DNA of 64,000 nucleotides, taken from Octopus vulgaris (lineage: Eukaryota). A program made the position numbers and the translations under genes. The stretch covers positions 150,288,001-150,352,000 of the forward strand of contig OX597815.1 of NCBI GenBank assembly GCA_951406725.2, written 5' to 3'. Position 1 is the first letter of the stretch. Every line of letters begins with the position of its first letter. Positions 25,907-40,589 of the stretch are shown piece by piece. The notes under the pieces were generated by a model, which was not told the origin of the DNA, ran no database searches, and saw only the letters and a list, made by a program, of their open reading frames with translations.

Positions 25907-27225
25907 TCAATCAATATTCAAAACCCAAAAAATATGTCGAAATAATAGACGACCTCCCTGCCCATTTACCCTTAAACATTACCTCTTGATAATAAACGCC
26001 ACAACCCTGCTGGTTCTTGTCAAGCTAATTATATTTCAATTAATTTAAAATGTGCTTGGTTCACTCGATTATGTATCAAAGCTTCTCTTAATTCTTTAAC
26101 TATATGTTCTTCATGCAAAACGCATAACCAAGAAATATCCCCGTTTCATTATGATTCTGAATGCTCAAAGTGTTTCCCACCATCTTACGCTTAATCTACG
26201 TCTTTCACAAAAAGGTCTGGTATTGTTTTAATTAAGCAGGAGATGCATAATTTGTCAATACTTTAGTTGTGAGCATTTATTTTTTATTTCTATATTGTGT
26301 TTGTTTATAGTTCCGTCTTTTTTAAGCAAACAAGAAACAATTATTATGGTAGAAGATTTTTTTCTTCCTTTAAGAAGTATGACGTACGCAGAAAATTGAT
26401 TGCCTCGAACTGCAAAGAATGTCAGCTTAAAAAGAAATAGTCAGCATGGTCTACTTTCCTGATTCCAGTTTGAAGTGAATGTACTTGAGCAGAAAGATAA
26501 CTAGTTGGAGTAATTGCTGGAAAATGTCTCTTTTCCTTTCAGTTTGATATTTTTTCTTTCATTTTCCTTCAATCTTCTGCTTCGTTCATGACATTTTGTT
26601 GGTGGTGATGGTGGTGGCACAGAAGCTGGGGGTGCTGCTGCTAATGGTTGGAGTTGGGGTTTGACGTTGCTGGTTTTGTTTCGTTTCGCTTTGTATTTCA
26701 CATATTGCTCTCTTCTTTATCTATTTATATATATATTACAGTTATGGACTTCAGAAACAAAACAAAAAACAAAGAAACGTCTGTAGTTAAGTAAGAATAT
26801 AAGCTCATTTTCTGACGGCCTGCAGAATGACAGCTCGTGAAATTCCCTCCGGGGAAGACGAAGTATTGAATTACCCTATAAACATTGCGCGACGCACAAG
26901 CACATGTGCACACACACACAGACACACATACACACATATGAATCTGAATATTGCACGAACTCACAATTACAACTATTCACGCACAAACTCTGGCATAATT
27001 ACATGCATAAAACCATCCTTATATATATATATATTCATACACACACACATATGTATATATGTACGTGTGTGAAGAGATGAAATGGAAAGAATTACACACC
27101 TGTATATTTATGTACGCAATGTGTGATTAAAAACATATAAACACATACATAAAGATACATGTCCACGCAGAAACTTAAATATAAATATATATTTACGCAT
27201 ATATGTTTACATGTGTGTGCGTGTG

Positions 27226-27264
<39 letters not shown>

Positions 27265-27400
27265 ATTCATATGTATATATATATATATATGTGTGTGTGT
27301 GTATGTATTTATGTATGGATATGTATATTTATGTATGTATATATATATGTATATATGTTTGTATATACACATACACATACATATGTATATATTTACATCA

Positions 27401-27455
<55 letters not shown>

Positions 27456-28084
27456 CATACATAGATAGATACATAGATACGTATATGTATACGTAATTGT
27501 CTTTGTACTTATATATGTATTGATATCGAAACATATACATCTATATATATATATATATATATTTATATATGTTGCGATACATATACGTATATGAGAACAT
27601 ACAGAATTACATACATAGAAAAATGCATAAACACACACTCAAAGATTAATACATACATACATATATCCACGCATTTGTTTTAAGTAATGTTTAATCGTTT
27701 AATCTCACCCATGGGAAATCTCCAAGCTTGACAATCGGAAATATCTAAAAGTTTAATCTCGTACTAAATGACGTAATCCATGCAGAAAATTGAAGTTGTA
27801 AATGTAGAAAAATAAAAAGAGCAAATATTTCATGAAGAAGATGAAGGAGTGGCAAGAAGAGGAAATAATTCTTACAACGAAGCATAGAGAAGTTGTAACA
27901 AAAAATATATCAGAAGCAACACGACCAAGTACGTAATTAAAAAGATAAAGTAAGTAGTTTGAATTGATTTTGTGAAACATAAAACACAAATGAAGAGAAT
28001 AACTGAAAACTTAAGTAATGCGACATCGAATAAGCAAGACAAATGCAGTTGCCATGTTGAATAAGAAGTAATTTAATATCATGC

Positions 28085-28129
<45 letters not shown>

Positions 28130-28199
28130 CAAATATATAAGTATATGTATATATACGTATTTATACATGTATATGTGTATATACATATATATATATATA

Positions 28200-28257
<58 letters not shown>

Positions 28258-28794
28258 TATAAATATATATATATATACATATATATTGTATATATATATT
28301 TCAAATATATAAGTATAAATAGATATTTATATGTATATATATACACATATACATGTATGTATACATATATATATATATATACGTATATATATATATATAT
28401 GTATGTATGTATATATACATGAGTGTGTCTGTATGTGTGGGAGAGTGTGCGCATTTCTGTGTGTCCGTGTGTGTGTGTGTGTGTGTGTGTAAAAGTATAT
28501 CTAGCATTTACATTTGATGGCAGGAAATATTGCAAACGTAAAGTTTAAAATACTGAAATCTTCCTTTAGTGAACGTTAGTCTCTGTTTTCAAATTCACAA
28601 TTCTTTCTTGGAGTTATCTTTGTTACTAGTTTCAAAGCGACGCTACAACTTCTGTGTCACTCCGCGAAGGAAAATAAGGAACTAGTCCTGCCAGCACCAT
28701 ACTTAGTGAAGCATAACGACAAATGTGCGTGTGCGTAGGTATTACTGTGTGTCTTTGTGCGGGCGTATTTGTATACATTTGATCTTTAACTATG

Positions 28795-29552
28795 TACGAA
28801 GTATCCGGACTGTTCACATAGTTACAAAGCTAAACCATGCAGAGTAAAGCAAATATTGACCTTGATGACTTCTGCTGTGCATGCGCACTAAGTTTTAACG
28901 TTCTTGCTCACTGCCGCTGTTTACAGCAGTGCTTCGAATGAAGGTGTGTATCGTGTGATCGTCGCCTTGACCATGACAGAGGAAGCTTTAGTGGCAATAA
29001 CTGCTCGGAGGCCTGCGCAAAGTTGCGGAAAGTGTATGGAGTGAAATGTATGAGCTACACGCAAGTGTACGAGTGGTTCAGATGTTTCCAAGATGGCCGA
29101 AAAGTATCGATATTGACGAACATTTTGGGAGGCCCGAAACCTGCAGAACTGAGAAAAACATCGCAGATGTGTGTGCTGCTGTGAGGGGAAAATCATCGAA
29201 TCACCATGCGTGAGTTACGAGAGGATGTTCAGGTTAGTTACTGTTCAGTTCAGTTCATTATCACAGAAGATTTGAGTATGAGACGCGTTTCTGCCTAGAT
29301 TGTGTCAAAACCGCTTTCAGTTGGCCAAAAAGCCACTCGGGTTTCAGTTGCACAAGATTTCCTTGGTTGTGTCGGGAACGATGAAAACTTTTTGAAAACA
29401 CTGCAAAATTTGATGCAGATTTTCTGCTCTACTTTTTCTGTCATGGTCAATGCGACAGTCACACGCTACACACCTTCCTTCGAAGCACTACCGTAAGCAA
29501 CAAAAGTTAGCTAGAGCGTTATAACATGCACAGCAGTGTTCAAGGTCAAGTG
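28795..29552 (+). mobile_element. Mariner-derived foldback element (transposase N-terminal HTH region only)
   Basis: AKLRKVYGVKCMSYTQVYEWFRCFQDGR...DEHFGRP...RITMRELREDVQVSYCSVQFIITEDLSMRRVSA*IVSKPL; 28856-28981 is repeated inverted at about 29436-29550. Confidence 0.88.
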
Positions 29553-29633
29553 AAGCCTTAGGCTATAGCTCCAAATAAATAATCGCTAAGCAGACGGCAA
29601 TTGAGGTAACATTTAATTAAGATGCCTAATTTG

Positions 29634-29688
<55 letters not shown>

Positions 29689-30014
29689 CAAAATATAGAG
29701 GGAGAAGGGAAAATAGACGAAAACTGGGCGAAAAGAAAACGGACAGAAAAGGGAAACAAAAACGACACAAGAAACTTTCGTAGCACATTTACTCATCAGC
29801 CGGTTTCTGAGACGTCATAGTGGTTTCACGCTCATACAGTCCGTTGGTTTTTACTGTTATGCTCTTATTGTCTTTTTTGTTTTGTTACCCCTTTAAACCT
29901 CAGTAAAAAATCCCAAATTTTATTAAAATTGCTTTGCGGGAAGGACTGCTTTAACGAAGCAGTTTGTTGTCTACACCACCTGTCTCGTCTTTTGTTCGTT
30001 TGTGAATTCTCCCC

Positions 30015-30050
<36 letters not shown>

Positions 30051-30273
30051 CAGTAATCCCTCGACTATCGAGGGTGTTACGTTTCAAAAACCCCGCAATA
30101 GGTAAAAGTCCGCAAAGTAGAAGCATTACTGTACTGTATATTTTTTAAAAAATATGTTTATAATTTGTATATATTTATTTTATTATAAATGCAAAACAAC
30201 ACCACAGAGGAATCGATTTAAGCTTAAATAATAAACCGCGATAGGTGAACCGCGATGTGGCGAGGGAATACTG
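30051..30273. mobile_element. pogo/Tigger-like MITE
   Basis: Termini CAGTAATCCCTCG ... CGAGGGAATACTG; internal CCGCRATAGGTRAA repeats. Confidence 0.75.
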
Positions 30274-30551
30274 CATATACACATACACACACGCACACTC
30301 ATATAAATGTATAAATATAAGTGGTTGTGGTGGGATTGTATTAGATTTGTTAAAAATATTCAATTTCTGGCAGTTAATGTGTGCAAAACTATTAGATTCA
30401 TAGGAATTTTAGGCTATTGACGAAATTGCGAAATTTGTCCATTTGAAATGTACAATGACAATAATGTTGATGGAGGTCGTTTTGGTGCTTCTGGAGGTTA
30501 TCGTCATCATCGCTGTCGCCGTCCTCGTCGTCGTGTTCATCGTCATCATCT

Positions 30552-30619
<68 letters not shown>

Positions 30620-32966
30620 ATAGTAGTAGTAATAGTAGTAGTAATAGTAGTAGTAATAGTAGTAGTAATAGTGGTGGTAGTGGTGGTAGTGGTGGTGGTG
30701 GTGGGGAATTGTATTCGTCACTGTATGTCAAGAATATCAATCATGAATTCTCTCTTGCTGCTAGTGCTGTAGCTGCTACTAATGATGATGATGATTATGA
30801 TTATGATGATGATGATGATGATGATGATGATAAGGAAGAGGAAGATGAGAAGGAAGGGGAAGAAGAAGAAGGAAGGGTAAAGAGTTGAAGGGTGTGGAGG
30901 ATGTCTTCGATGACGACGACGTCTCTGGTTATAATGATGACAATGACGACGATAAGAGCGATGGCGTTGGTGGTGTGACAACAGCATATGTTGTGGGTAA
31001 ATAACCCTCCCCACTTGCATACACATACACAGATACACACACGCACACGCACACACACCCATTTAACGCCAATTTCGAACCCATTTGGCTTTGTCACTGA
31101 AAACGAAATATTTGAAGAGAAAAGGAAAATGGCGACCGAGAAAGTAAAATAATTTTGTAACAATCTTGTACAGATGATATTCGACACTTTTTTGAAATTT
31201 TCTTACAATTCAATAGAGAATAGTACACCATGAAGGCATTTTTTGTAAATTTAAATATCAGCGGAAAGAAAATATAAAACAGCTTGTTTTTTAGCAATTT
31301 TTATTGGCGTATTTCCATTTCTTTTACTTTACAAGTTCCTGTTTCATTTTTCCATATTTTCATAATTTTCTCTCCTTTTTCTTTAAAACGCATTGAACAA
31401 TTTATAATATTGCTTCGTTTTTGTTTATTCATTTTGTTTTCGTCATATTTTTCCCGAAATGCACATCGAACGATTTTTATTATATTTTTTCCGAGTCTTA
31501 CGTAATCGTTGATGTTTATTTTACAAGAAACTTCACTATATTTCTTTTTCTTGTATTGAAAAATATGTCATGAAAACATTTAGATATTTTATATTATCGT
31601 TATATATATACGTTTTGATCACGTATCTTTTTTTCTTTTGCAAGTAATGTAATATGCCTTATGTGGGAAATTGTGAAATGGAAGCAATGCAGTACCCTGA
31701 TGTACGTATTCATGTCTGTATGTATGTGTAGGTGTCTGCATGGTGTGAGTGTATGTGTGTGTATGTGTGTGTGTGTGCGTGTCTGTGCGTGAGTGCGTGT
31801 GTGTGTGAGTGTTTGTATGTGTGTATGTGTGTGTGTTTGTGTGTTTGGGTTTCTGTCTTTTCGTCTGTGTCTGTCTGCGTCTGTGTGTCTCTCTGTGTGC
31901 GCCTTCTTGTTCGTACGTGTATTTGTAGGTGTGTGTGAGTGCGTGTGTGTCTGTGTGTGAGTGCGTGTGTCTATGTGTGGGAGTGCGTGTGTGTGTGACT
32001 GTGTGTGTATGTATGTGTGGGGGATTCTGTGTCTTTGTGTGTGTCTGTGTGTGTGCTCGCTTATTTGTAAGTGTATTTGTGTGTGCGTGTTTGTGTATGT
32101 GTCTCTGTGTGAGTGTGTCTGTGTGTGAGTGCGTTTGTGTCTGAGTGCATGTGTCTGAATTTTGTGTATGTGTGTGTGTGTGTGTGTACCTATGTTTTTT
32201 TCTGTTTGTCTTTTACTGCCTGACAGCTGGTTTTGGCTTGCTTATATGTCCGTAAGCTTGAAGTTCAGCAAAATGTGACTGGCAGATTAAGCAACATCAA
32301 TCATATAAATACAGGGTTAAATTTAATCCATCAACGGACTACTTACGATGAATCAACCCTAGATTCCAACGATGCACTACAGAGTTTTTGATTTACTGAA
32401 GAATCTACTCATTAACTGAGCGCAAGGAGCGCCTGAGTATTTTGCAGATATGGGTGGATATACTTAACTTAATTCTCATTGAGTAAATACATACGAAACA
32501 ATACACGGGCTTTACTTTAGAATTCCAAATACAAAGTTTTCTATGGTTTTTCTCACAATTTTCTGTTACCTAATTTTCTTCTTCCAGTGACTTCAACCGA
32601 CACACCACTCACAGTGCTGCATCATCAATGTATTATCCCCATTCTTATTTAGCAGATTTTCATGTTCATGTTGTGTATCCCAGCCAATAACGTCCATCGA
32701 GTTGGGTAGTATTCGTCCTCTGTTAGGTTACAGAATTATTCAAAATATAACATTAAATTGATGTGTTGTTCAGCATGGTAGTAATTACTAGCAAGACCTG
32801 ATCTACGTTAAGCAATATTGGCATAAGATTGACGGAATGTGTTCATAAAAATTGTCTTTGCTCTTGTGCGGAAAACATGAGATGTCTTAACATCCCTGCG
32901 AGAAAACTGTTGGGGTCCATTAAGAGAGTCGTGAAGATCATTCTTTGTCAATAGTCCCTACACACA

Positions 32967-33342
32967 GGCGGTGAGCTGGCCGAAACGTTAGCACGCCGGG
33001 CGAAATGCTTAGCGGTATTTCGTCAGTCTTTACGTTCTGAGTTCAAATTCCGCCGAGGTCGACTTTGCCTTTCATCCTTTCGGCGTCAATAAATTAAGTA
33101 CCAGTTACGCACTGTTCTTGTCTGTTCTTGTTTGTCGTCTCTGTGTTTAGCTCCTTGTGGGTAGTAAAGAAATAGGTATTTCGTCTGTCTTTACGTTCTT
33201 GAGTTCAAATTCTGCCGGGGTCGACTTTGCCTTTCATCCTTTCGGGGTCGATAAATTTTGTACCAGTTACGTATTTGGGTTGATCTAATCGACTGGCCCC
33301 CTCCCCGAAAATTTCGTGTCTTGTGCCTAGAGTAGAAAAGAA
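32967..33342 (+). mobile_element. SINE family B, internally duplicated form
   Basis: GGCGGTGAGCTGGCCGAAACGTTAGCACGCCGGG head; the GGTATTTCGTC...GAGTTCAAATTC...GTCGACTTTGCCTTTCATCCTTTCGG block occurs twice. Confidence 0.9.
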
Positions 33343-35354
33343 TATTCTCTACACATGTTGTGAGCAAGGAAAGCCTTCTGGAGTTCAAAATACTTGATTA
33401 TCATATATTTTCAAGCTATTAGAAATACTCCAACATCGTCCCGCACTTTCTTACAGTCTGTAAACAAATAACCAAGGCACTGGGACTCACTAACTTCTTT
33501 CAGCTTGGTGCCATCGATGGAGCAAATTGCAAGGTGGCCTAAGGTTTCTCAAAATGCTTGCGTCTAACGGAGATTGTACAAAGGCACCTTGTCCAAGATT
33601 CCAAGATGCCAGTCATTGAGATAGACCGTAGGACCACATGTTTTGAAGCAATGCTCTAGATGCTCCACCAGTGACCAAATCCATATAAACGTTCACATAT
33701 ATGCATTGTTACATGAAAATATATGCCATAATTTCACATCTCATATTTGTATAACGTGCGCGTATATGAAATAAATATTTTTGGATAAAATATTAAATGT
33801 CTAAAAGAGCATGCTTCACAACCACATAACAAATTTAAACCCAAACAATTCAAAGCAAGGCATGCAGATATATATTGAATAGAATTATATAACGCATATG
33901 ATAAATATTTCAAGAAAATTTTAATTCAATCCTTGGGGGAAATTATTCTTTAAAACATTTAATACTTAATACTTTTATTTTAAATATCCTTTTACAATTT
34001 CAAAAAAAATCTAAGTACCTTAACATATAGATATATACAGATGCACACACACCCCACAGATAGGAAAATTACACATTTACACACATGCTTGCATATAAAC
34101 ATACAAACACAAGTAAATATCCTGATAATGCGTAATACAATTGTATAGGATGTATACTGCTATATACTTAGAATTATCTGTACCACGCAAAATATACAGG
34201 TATATACTTAATGGAATTATGACAGAACATGAAAAAATATACTGGTCTATAATTTCAAGAACTATATATATATATATATTAAATACAAATTATGCTGGTA
34301 TGGACGTAAGAGAGTTTTATACATCAAATAGAATATACTGGATTAAGAAGTATAAATAGCTTGCAAAATATACAAGTAGATATGTAACAGATATAAAGCG
34401 TATATGTATAGAGAGAGAATATTTGCTGATATTCTCTTAATACAAGAATATAGAACAGATAAAATATGCTGCTATACACTTAATACAATTATAAGGAACA
34501 CACAAAATACGAGGATATGTTATATAACTATATAGAACATTAAAAAAACTGTGTTATGAAATATATAACGCGAGAAACTTATGCCTAATTCATTATAACG
34601 ACACGTACAAAGACATTGCCTCACACACAGCCAGATTCTCACAAACACACATACACACGCATCTACATACGCATGCACACACATTCACACAGACTTACGC
34701 ACACAAACATATACAGACGCATAGATACTCACATGCATAATAAAATTTGGGTAACAATGACACTCACATACGAACGAAGTTACATTCGAAAATAAACGCT
34801 ATATTTTGACGATGTTAAAAAATAAACGCCATGATCACACTCACTCCATTCAGCACATATTAAAAAACATCAAAATTAGTTTCACGTTCCTTCATCATAT
34901 ATTTTTTTAATACCTTAATAAATTCATTAGCAAAAACCAGCCGAGTGGGTTATCTATTCAACTAAGCCTAAAGTCACTTACAGTTTCATTTTCTCTGCTC
35001 ACATCCATCACTAATATATCCTTGTCTTTTGTATTTCTTTTTTTTTTTTTAATTTTATCCTTTATCTCATACAATTGAATGCTTCTATTCTTCTTAAAGA
35101 AGCAATCTCCTCATTCTGCATAACAACATTGATAGCAGATTCTTAACATGAGGCTTTCTAATTTTTCTGTATAAAAACTTGGAAAAGCTAATTGAAACTT
35201 CCGTTTGAATAAACATTTAGATAAAACGTGAAGCCCCATTGAAAATTAGTTTTATAAAGAATTTGACGCTTCTATTTGTACGGAATCCCCTTCTTTAGTA
35301 AATGTTCTATGTTGTGCTTGGTGCTTAAACTTGCATAAAATAAAGGAACATAAT

Positions 35355-35439
<85 letters not shown>

Positions 35440-35444
35440 CAGAC

Positions 35445-35556
<112 letters not shown>

Positions 35557-35628
35557 GAATGCGTATAAGTTAAATATATTTATAGACACGGGATGGGAAC
35601 AGTAACACGGGGGTGAATTGAACACAAG

Positions 35629-35742
35629 ATATTCAACTGGCCTTGCTGTCTTTAAAATCATGGAAAAACTAGCGGGGAAAATCTGTACAGGATTGCGAAA
35701 ATACATAGTTATTATAAAAACATTTGGCTGCTATATAAGTGC

Positions 35743-35794
<52 letters not shown>

Positions 35795-35904
35795 TTATAT
35801 AGCAGCCAGATGTTTTTATAATAACTATGTATTTTCGCAATCCTGTCCAGATTTTTCCCGCTAGTTTTTCCATGATTTTAAAGAGAGCAAGGCCAGTTGA
35901 ATAT
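35629..35904. repeat. Inverted repeat, about 113-bp arms around a (TA)n core
   Basis: 35629-35741 versus 35792-35904, few mismatches. Confidence 0.92.
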
Positions 35905-35925
35905 ATATATATATATATATATATA

Positions 35926-37246
35926 TTAGCAGAGATACTCGGCGTTGCTTGAGTTACATACAATTGAAGAATTAGACCTTTCTGTTATATTTTCTCTAAT
36001 GAACTGGAATATCTCTGTTTCGATTTCCATCAAAATTGCAGATGAGGGTTATTTCTTTCTTTACACACACCCCAAAAATGGTAATCATGCCACATATATC
36101 CCATACTACCGATTTTATGCGCATATTCCAAAATTCCAGTCTTATTGAACCTGTTAAAAAGATTTTGCTCCTGAAAAATGAAGGTCATAGAGCTCTAGAA
36201 TGTGACAGTTAAGGCCCCTGTTGGGGGTGGGCATCTTAATGTTAACCAGAGAAGTTGAATTGTTGAGAATCTTTTTTACTTGGGTCTTATATCTATTGTT
36301 TCAATTTCTTTGAAATAGGGAATATATGTTCACTGGGTTGGTAAAAGAGAGCAAAGCTACAGGAAACCAAAAGACGAATGATCACAATAAGCAATCAGTT
36401 ACCCTATCCTAGTCGTTACCATCCCAATGTAGGATTCCTCATCATCCAGGTAACAGGCACAGCCGTAAGATGCATTACGAATCTATAGCAACTGGAAGGG
36501 CGTGACCCAACTGAAATCAACATTAACAACTGTGTGACGTGAGGGCTAAGGAGAAATGAAAGTTGGAGTTTGCAAATGACCACTATACTGATATGTAACT
36601 GGACAGAATAAATTTACAATATATAAAGGTCTTTGAATAACCAGTCACTCATCTGGGAAGGCCTTGAAATGAATGTCACCATCTGGGGACTATGTGTGAC
36701 CGAGTGATAATAAAAAGACTGAAAGAAGGTCTGCAATCAAAGAACTTTACTCAGCAATTTGCAGCTGAATCAGCGGAGGCAAAAATGCCTCTCATTTACT
36801 TGACAATTTATGCAGCACATTGCAGAAATCACAATGTAAGTATATGTGAAAGCAAACTGTATATGTGAAAGCAAACTGTTGTACCATTGAATTACAAATA
36901 ATGCACAACTTTTATGCTCGGGTAACCCTACAGCTTCCGAGAGCACAACTGTATTCGTTTTTGCTTTGATAAAATGACAAAATTGTGGGTGTTAAGTCCC
37001 CATGGTGGGGTCTTTCGAACTTGTAAGAAGATGAAATTTTATAAATATTACTTCATTTGTGTCTAATATCTATCGTTAAAATTTCCTGAACAGCAAAAAT
37101 ATATGAATTGTCATGGGGGTTATGGCCCTTATGCATATAATATAATTTCCAAATTTCATAAAGATCCATTCAGTACTTTCGACCTAGTTTTGGATCAAAA
37201 AAGAAATGACTAAAATTTGGGATTTAAGGGTCCCATTAGGGTTTTA

Positions 37247-37260
<14 letters not shown>
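35926..37260 (-). mobile_element. Putative non-autonomous Helitron-like element
   Basis: Left end TTAGCAGAGATACTCGGCGTTGCTTGAGT (CTAG-like end with ACTCGG/TTGAGT subterminal hairpin); right part has CCAAATTTCATAAAGATCCATTCAG and a TTTTATAT end reminiscent of invertebrate Helitron derivatives. Confidence 0.5.
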
Positions 37261-37281
<21 letters not shown>

Positions 37282-37284
37282 CTA

Positions 37285-37343
<59 letters not shown>

Positions 37344-37344
37344 G

Positions 37345-37416
<72 letters not shown>

Positions 37417-37705
37417 GATATATACACACACACATACAAAGTTAATTGATAGATACAACTGACTGGGCAAACAAAAATATGAGACACAGCCTAGTGCTTT
37501 TTTATGTTGATAAGCCTGGTACTTATTGTATTAGTTTGTTCTTGTGAAACCAGTAAGTTAAGTGGATGTAAATAAATGAACAGCAGCTGTGAAGCTGTGA
37601 TGAGGACGAAACACAGAGACAAAGACACACACGTACACTTACATATATATATACATATATATACGATTGATTTGTTTCAGTTCCTGTCTACGAAATCCAT
37701 ATATA

Positions 37706-40394
37706 TTGTTGCTGGCATCCTTTTTGTCTCGGGAGACAATGGAGTTGCGCATAAAATAATCTAATCCGGGCTTTACATTTCATGTCCTAATGCATCTTCT
37801 GCTGTGGCTGTGTAGTCCTATCCTGGATAAACATTCCCTCTGGCAGGCGGCGCAAATGTAGCTAACACTTTGCCTGGCTGGTTGTAATGTCATACTTTCT
37901 TGTTGACGTCTTTTCTTGTCTTTCCATTTCTCCTTTCTATGTCACTCTTTATGTTCCCTCTTTTACGGTACGTCGCCAATCTCTACGGTTGCTGGTAACT
38001 GCTTCCAGTTGGTAATATTGATGTTGCAGGTACTCATGTCCCTTTTGCAAACATCCTTGTATCGTAAGCACGGTCTTCCTACAGACCTAGTGCCCCTAGA
38101 AAGCTCTCCGTAGAGTATGTCTTTGGGAATTCTGCTATCTTCTATACTGCTAACATGTCCTAGCCATCTCATACGTCTTTGTTTGAGGAGTGCAAACATG
38201 ATTGGTATTCCTGCTTGCTTGAGGACATTTTTGTTGCGGACATGATTCTACCATTCGATGCGAAGGATTTTCCGGAGGCAGAGCAGGTGAAAGATAATTA
38301 GGCGACATATGGCGTCGTATGGCGTATGTATGGCGTCCAAGTCTTACTTCCATACAGTAGAGTGCTAAATACACATGCCTGGTAAATATTCCTGTTTTAG
38401 TCTTGGTCAGCTTATTGTTGTCCCATGCTCGTTTGGATAGTTGGGCCATCATAGCAGATGCCTTGCCAATGCGTATATTGAGCTCAGCATCAAGGGATAG
38501 GTTGTAGGTGACGGTAGAGCTAAGATAGGTAAACTTCTCCGCCTCTTATAGTCTGTGGTCACCAATATGTATGTTCGGGATGTCCGATGTAGCCTGACCC
38601 ATGATATTGGTCTTCTTGAGGCTGATAACTAAGCAAAAGTCGCTACATGCTTGCTCAAAACAGTTGATGAGCCTTTGTAGGGCTTCTTCTGTGTGATACC
38701 AGAGCGGCATTATTAGCAAATGGCACCTCCTTGATCAGGACGCTTCTGATTTTGGTCTTGACACGCAGACACGAGAGATTGAACAGTTTCCCGTCACTTC
38801 TACTGTGCAGAAACACTCCATCATCTGCTGTCTGAAAGGCATGTGACAGCAGCAGCGAGAAGAAGATGCCAAATAATATAGGAGCAAGGGCACAACCTTG
38901 CTTTACCCCGTTTTTTATTTCGAATGTGGTTGATGTTGAACCATTGTGCTGTATGGTGCCTTGTATTTCATCATGGAAAGATTTGATGATCCTCAGCAGC
39001 TTTGGTGGACATCCGATTTTTGGAGCAGGATGAAGAGGCCTTTTCTACTTACCAGGTCAAAGGTCTTTGTCAGATCAATGAAGGCCATATATAATGGTAT
39101 TTTATGCTCTCTGGACTTCTGAAGTTGGCGTATGGAGAATATCATTTCAATAGTTGATCTGCTTCTTTTAAAGCCACACTGCGATTCTGGATAAATTCGA
39201 GAAGCAAGCAGTAGTAGCCTGGACAGGATAACACGAGCAAAGGCCTTTCCAACAGTGCTTAGAAGAGATATTCCACGGAAATTGTTACAATCACCACGTA
39301 AACCTTTGTTTTTGTAAAGCGTAATGATGTTAGCATCCCGCATATCCTGAAGGACTGTACCCTCTCCCCAGCACTGACACAGAAGCTCATGTAGGTGCCG
39401 ACCAGGATAGTGTTTTTGTCGGTTTTGATGATCTTTAAGGGGATGACGTCTTTTCCCGGATCATTGTTACTTACTAGGGAGTCAATAGCCTTGGTGTGCT
39501 CTGCTATAGATGGCAGACTACCAAGTTCACACATGACTGGCAAGATCTTGACACCCTCGATTGCAGCCTCACCTACCGTGGTCTCCCTCTATCTATTTGC
39601 TTGCTTTGGTCCTTGATGAGATCTCCAGTAGTTGATTTCAGAGGGGCTGACTTGGTTGCGGATTGACCGAGGGTCTTCTTCAAACTGGCATACATCCCAT
39701 GGGTGTCGCCACTGTCAGCAGCTGACTGGATATTCTGACAGATTTCCTGCCAATACCTATTTGCACAGCATCTGGCAGTCAGTTGGGTTTTATTTCTTGC
39801 CTTTCTGAGTTCTTCGAGTGACTTTGTAGAAGAATCACTCTTGCATTGCATCAGAGCTGCACGCTTTGTTTCGATAACTGTTTCCAGCTCTGAGAGCACA
39901 GCACTGAACCAATCTGGGTTTTGCCTTTCTCTCATGCCGAAAGTATCTATTGATGTGGTATACAAAGTTTCCCTGATATAATTCAACCTACTTTCAGCAG
40001 AGGAGGTTGGGCAGCTACTGAGGGCAACCTTGATAGAAACAGCAAAACATTTTCGCGGTGTAGCGTCCGAGGTTCTGGCAGTGTTACTGCGTGGTCGGCC
40101 CATTTTCTTGGAGTGATGGACTTTCTTAGGCAGAATCTTCACTCTGCTTCTTATTAGTGAATGATGTATTTCACAATCCGCACTGTGGTAACTACGGGTC
40201 AGTTGAACAGAATTCAAAAAGGATCTTCGTGTAATGATGAGATCCAGCTGATGCCAGTGGTGAGATCTTTGATGTCTCCAAGATGCCTTGTGGGATGTCT
40301 TCTTGGCAAAGAGTGTGTTGGTGATGCACGGGTTATGGTATGTGCAAAATTCAAGTAGTCTCTGACTATTGTCATTCATGTTGCCCATATCAAA
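37706..40394 (-). mobile_element. RTE-clade (BovB-like) LINE, 5'-truncated inside the APE endonuclease, pseudogenised
   Basis: NMNDNSQRLLEFC...WHQLDLII...HSADC; RDANIITLYKNKG.RGDCNNFRGISLLS; PESQCGF; FIDLTKTFD; GVKQGCALAP; RMRWLGHV...RIPKDILYGEL..G.RSVGRP. Confidence 0.95.
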
Positions 40395-40485
40395 ACACAT
40401 ACACTTACATATATACATACATATATATACGATCGATTTGTTTCAGTTCCTGTCTGCGAAATCTATATATATATATATATATATG

Positions 40486-40521
<36 letters not shown>

Positions 40522-40589
40522 GATAAATTGATAGATACAACTGAGTGGGCAAGCAAAAATATGAGACACTGCGAGGTGCTTTTTTTATA

